A stretch of 64,000 nt of DNA from Ginglymostoma cirratum (taxonomy: Eukaryota), in assembly GCA_024137785.1 (NCBI GenBank), contig JAHRHZ010000115.1:515579-579578 (forward strand). Direction: 5' to 3'. The translations under genes were made by a program, and so were the position numbers. The notes under the pieces are model-generated. The model did not search any database. It was not told the origin of the DNA and worked only from the letters and a program-made list of their open reading frames with translations. Positions 62,888 through 64,000 of this stretch are shown piece by piece (the first letter of the stretch is position 1; each line of letters begins with the position of its first letter).

Positions 62888-64000
62888 CATGCCACATGGA
62901 AGGTTGGTTAGTAAATTAGAAACATTTGGGATTGTTGGGTCTTTGGCAGCATGGATTAGGAGTTGGCTAAAGGTTAGGAAACAGAGCGTAGGTACAGATG
63001 GGCATTTCTCAGATTTTGGACGAATGTGGTGTTACTCAGGGAACTGTGTGCATACCCTTATTTTGTCTGTTTTATATAAACGATTTGGAGATGGGTTTTG
63101 AGGGCAAAATCTTGAAATTTGCAGGTGACACTAAGCAGGGGAATACTGAATTGTTGAAGATACTGAGCAACTTTCAGATGGATATTGACAAGTTGGCCAA
63201 GTGGACAGATACCTGGCAGATGAATTTCAATGCAGAAAAATGTGAGATGATGCATCTTGGCAGAAGAAATACATGGAGATCAATGTAGGCTCAATGATAC
63301 AATTTTGAGGGGCATAAAGGAGCAGGGAGACTTCGAGGCTCATTTGCATGATTTCCTGAAGGTGGTCAGACAAGTTGAAACAACTGTTAAGAAGCTTATA
63401 GGATCTTTGGGTTTATAAATTGATGCATAGAGTACAAAAGCAAGGAAATGATGCTACATCCCCACACATCTTTGGTCAGACCATATTTAGAGTTTTGTGT
63501 TCAGTTCTGGGAACCTTATTTCGAGAAGGATGTTAAAGCCCTGAATTGAATTCAAAAGAGATTTACTAAAATGATACCAAGAATGTAGGATTTTAGATGC
63601 AAAGAAAGTTGAGCTAGATTGAGTTTATTCATCTTGGAACAGGGAAGATTAACAGGTGACCTTACTGGGGTGTTCAAAATTAGGCACAATATTGACAGAT
63701 TAAAAAAAGGATATTGTGTTTCCACTAGTCAGTAACTAGGTTCACAATTTCAAAACTGACAGCAAGAGATCTAGGAGTGAGATGATGTCACACTTCTTTA
63801 CTCAGAGAGTTGTTAGGCTTTAGAGTGTTCTGTCTGGGAGAGTGGTAGAGCAAATTCCATAGGCAGTGTCAAAAGAGAGCTGGATATATATTTTAAAGAT
63901 GAAGTTATAGGGCTATGGAGAAAGGAATGGAGAATTGGACTAGCTGGCTACCTCTTTTGGCCGCCAATATAGACACAATTGTCTATACCTTCTGTACTGT
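62888..64000 (+). mobile_element. CR1 LINE RT/3' region
   Basis: MPHGRLVSKL, GVTQGTV..YINDL..KFAGDTK, WQMNFNAEKC. Confidence 0.88.

Overview
Vertebrate genomic DNA from a cartilaginous fish (shark), judged from a shark-type IgM VH segment and HE1 SINE/CR1 (HER1-type) LINE repeats. There are three assembly gaps (2517-2899, 35001-35400, 52520-52919). In order: (1) a disabled IgM-type VH gene with a near-consensus 23-RSS on the minus strand; (2) about 24 kb of AT-rich, decayed LINEs, including a 3.2-kb element in which a tRNA-derived SINE head runs directly into an APE-RT reading frame; (3) four tRNA pseudogenes (Arg, Glu, Thr, Glu); (4) a cluster of finger-only C2H2 zinc-finger genes, two with open ORFs (7 and 17 fingers) plus several relics, all on one stereotyped module starting MEKPWKC; (5) an intron-containing pseudogene of an alpha/delta-type epithelial sodium channel subunit; (6) Penelope-like elements of three families carrying minimal hammerhead ribozyme cores, including one long RT+GIY-YIG ORF, a tail-out inverted composite with a 13-bp TSD, and three 94-131 bp ribozyme-headed mini-insertions with TSDs. 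All calls were made by eye without database searches, so family names and many repeat boundaries are approximate.
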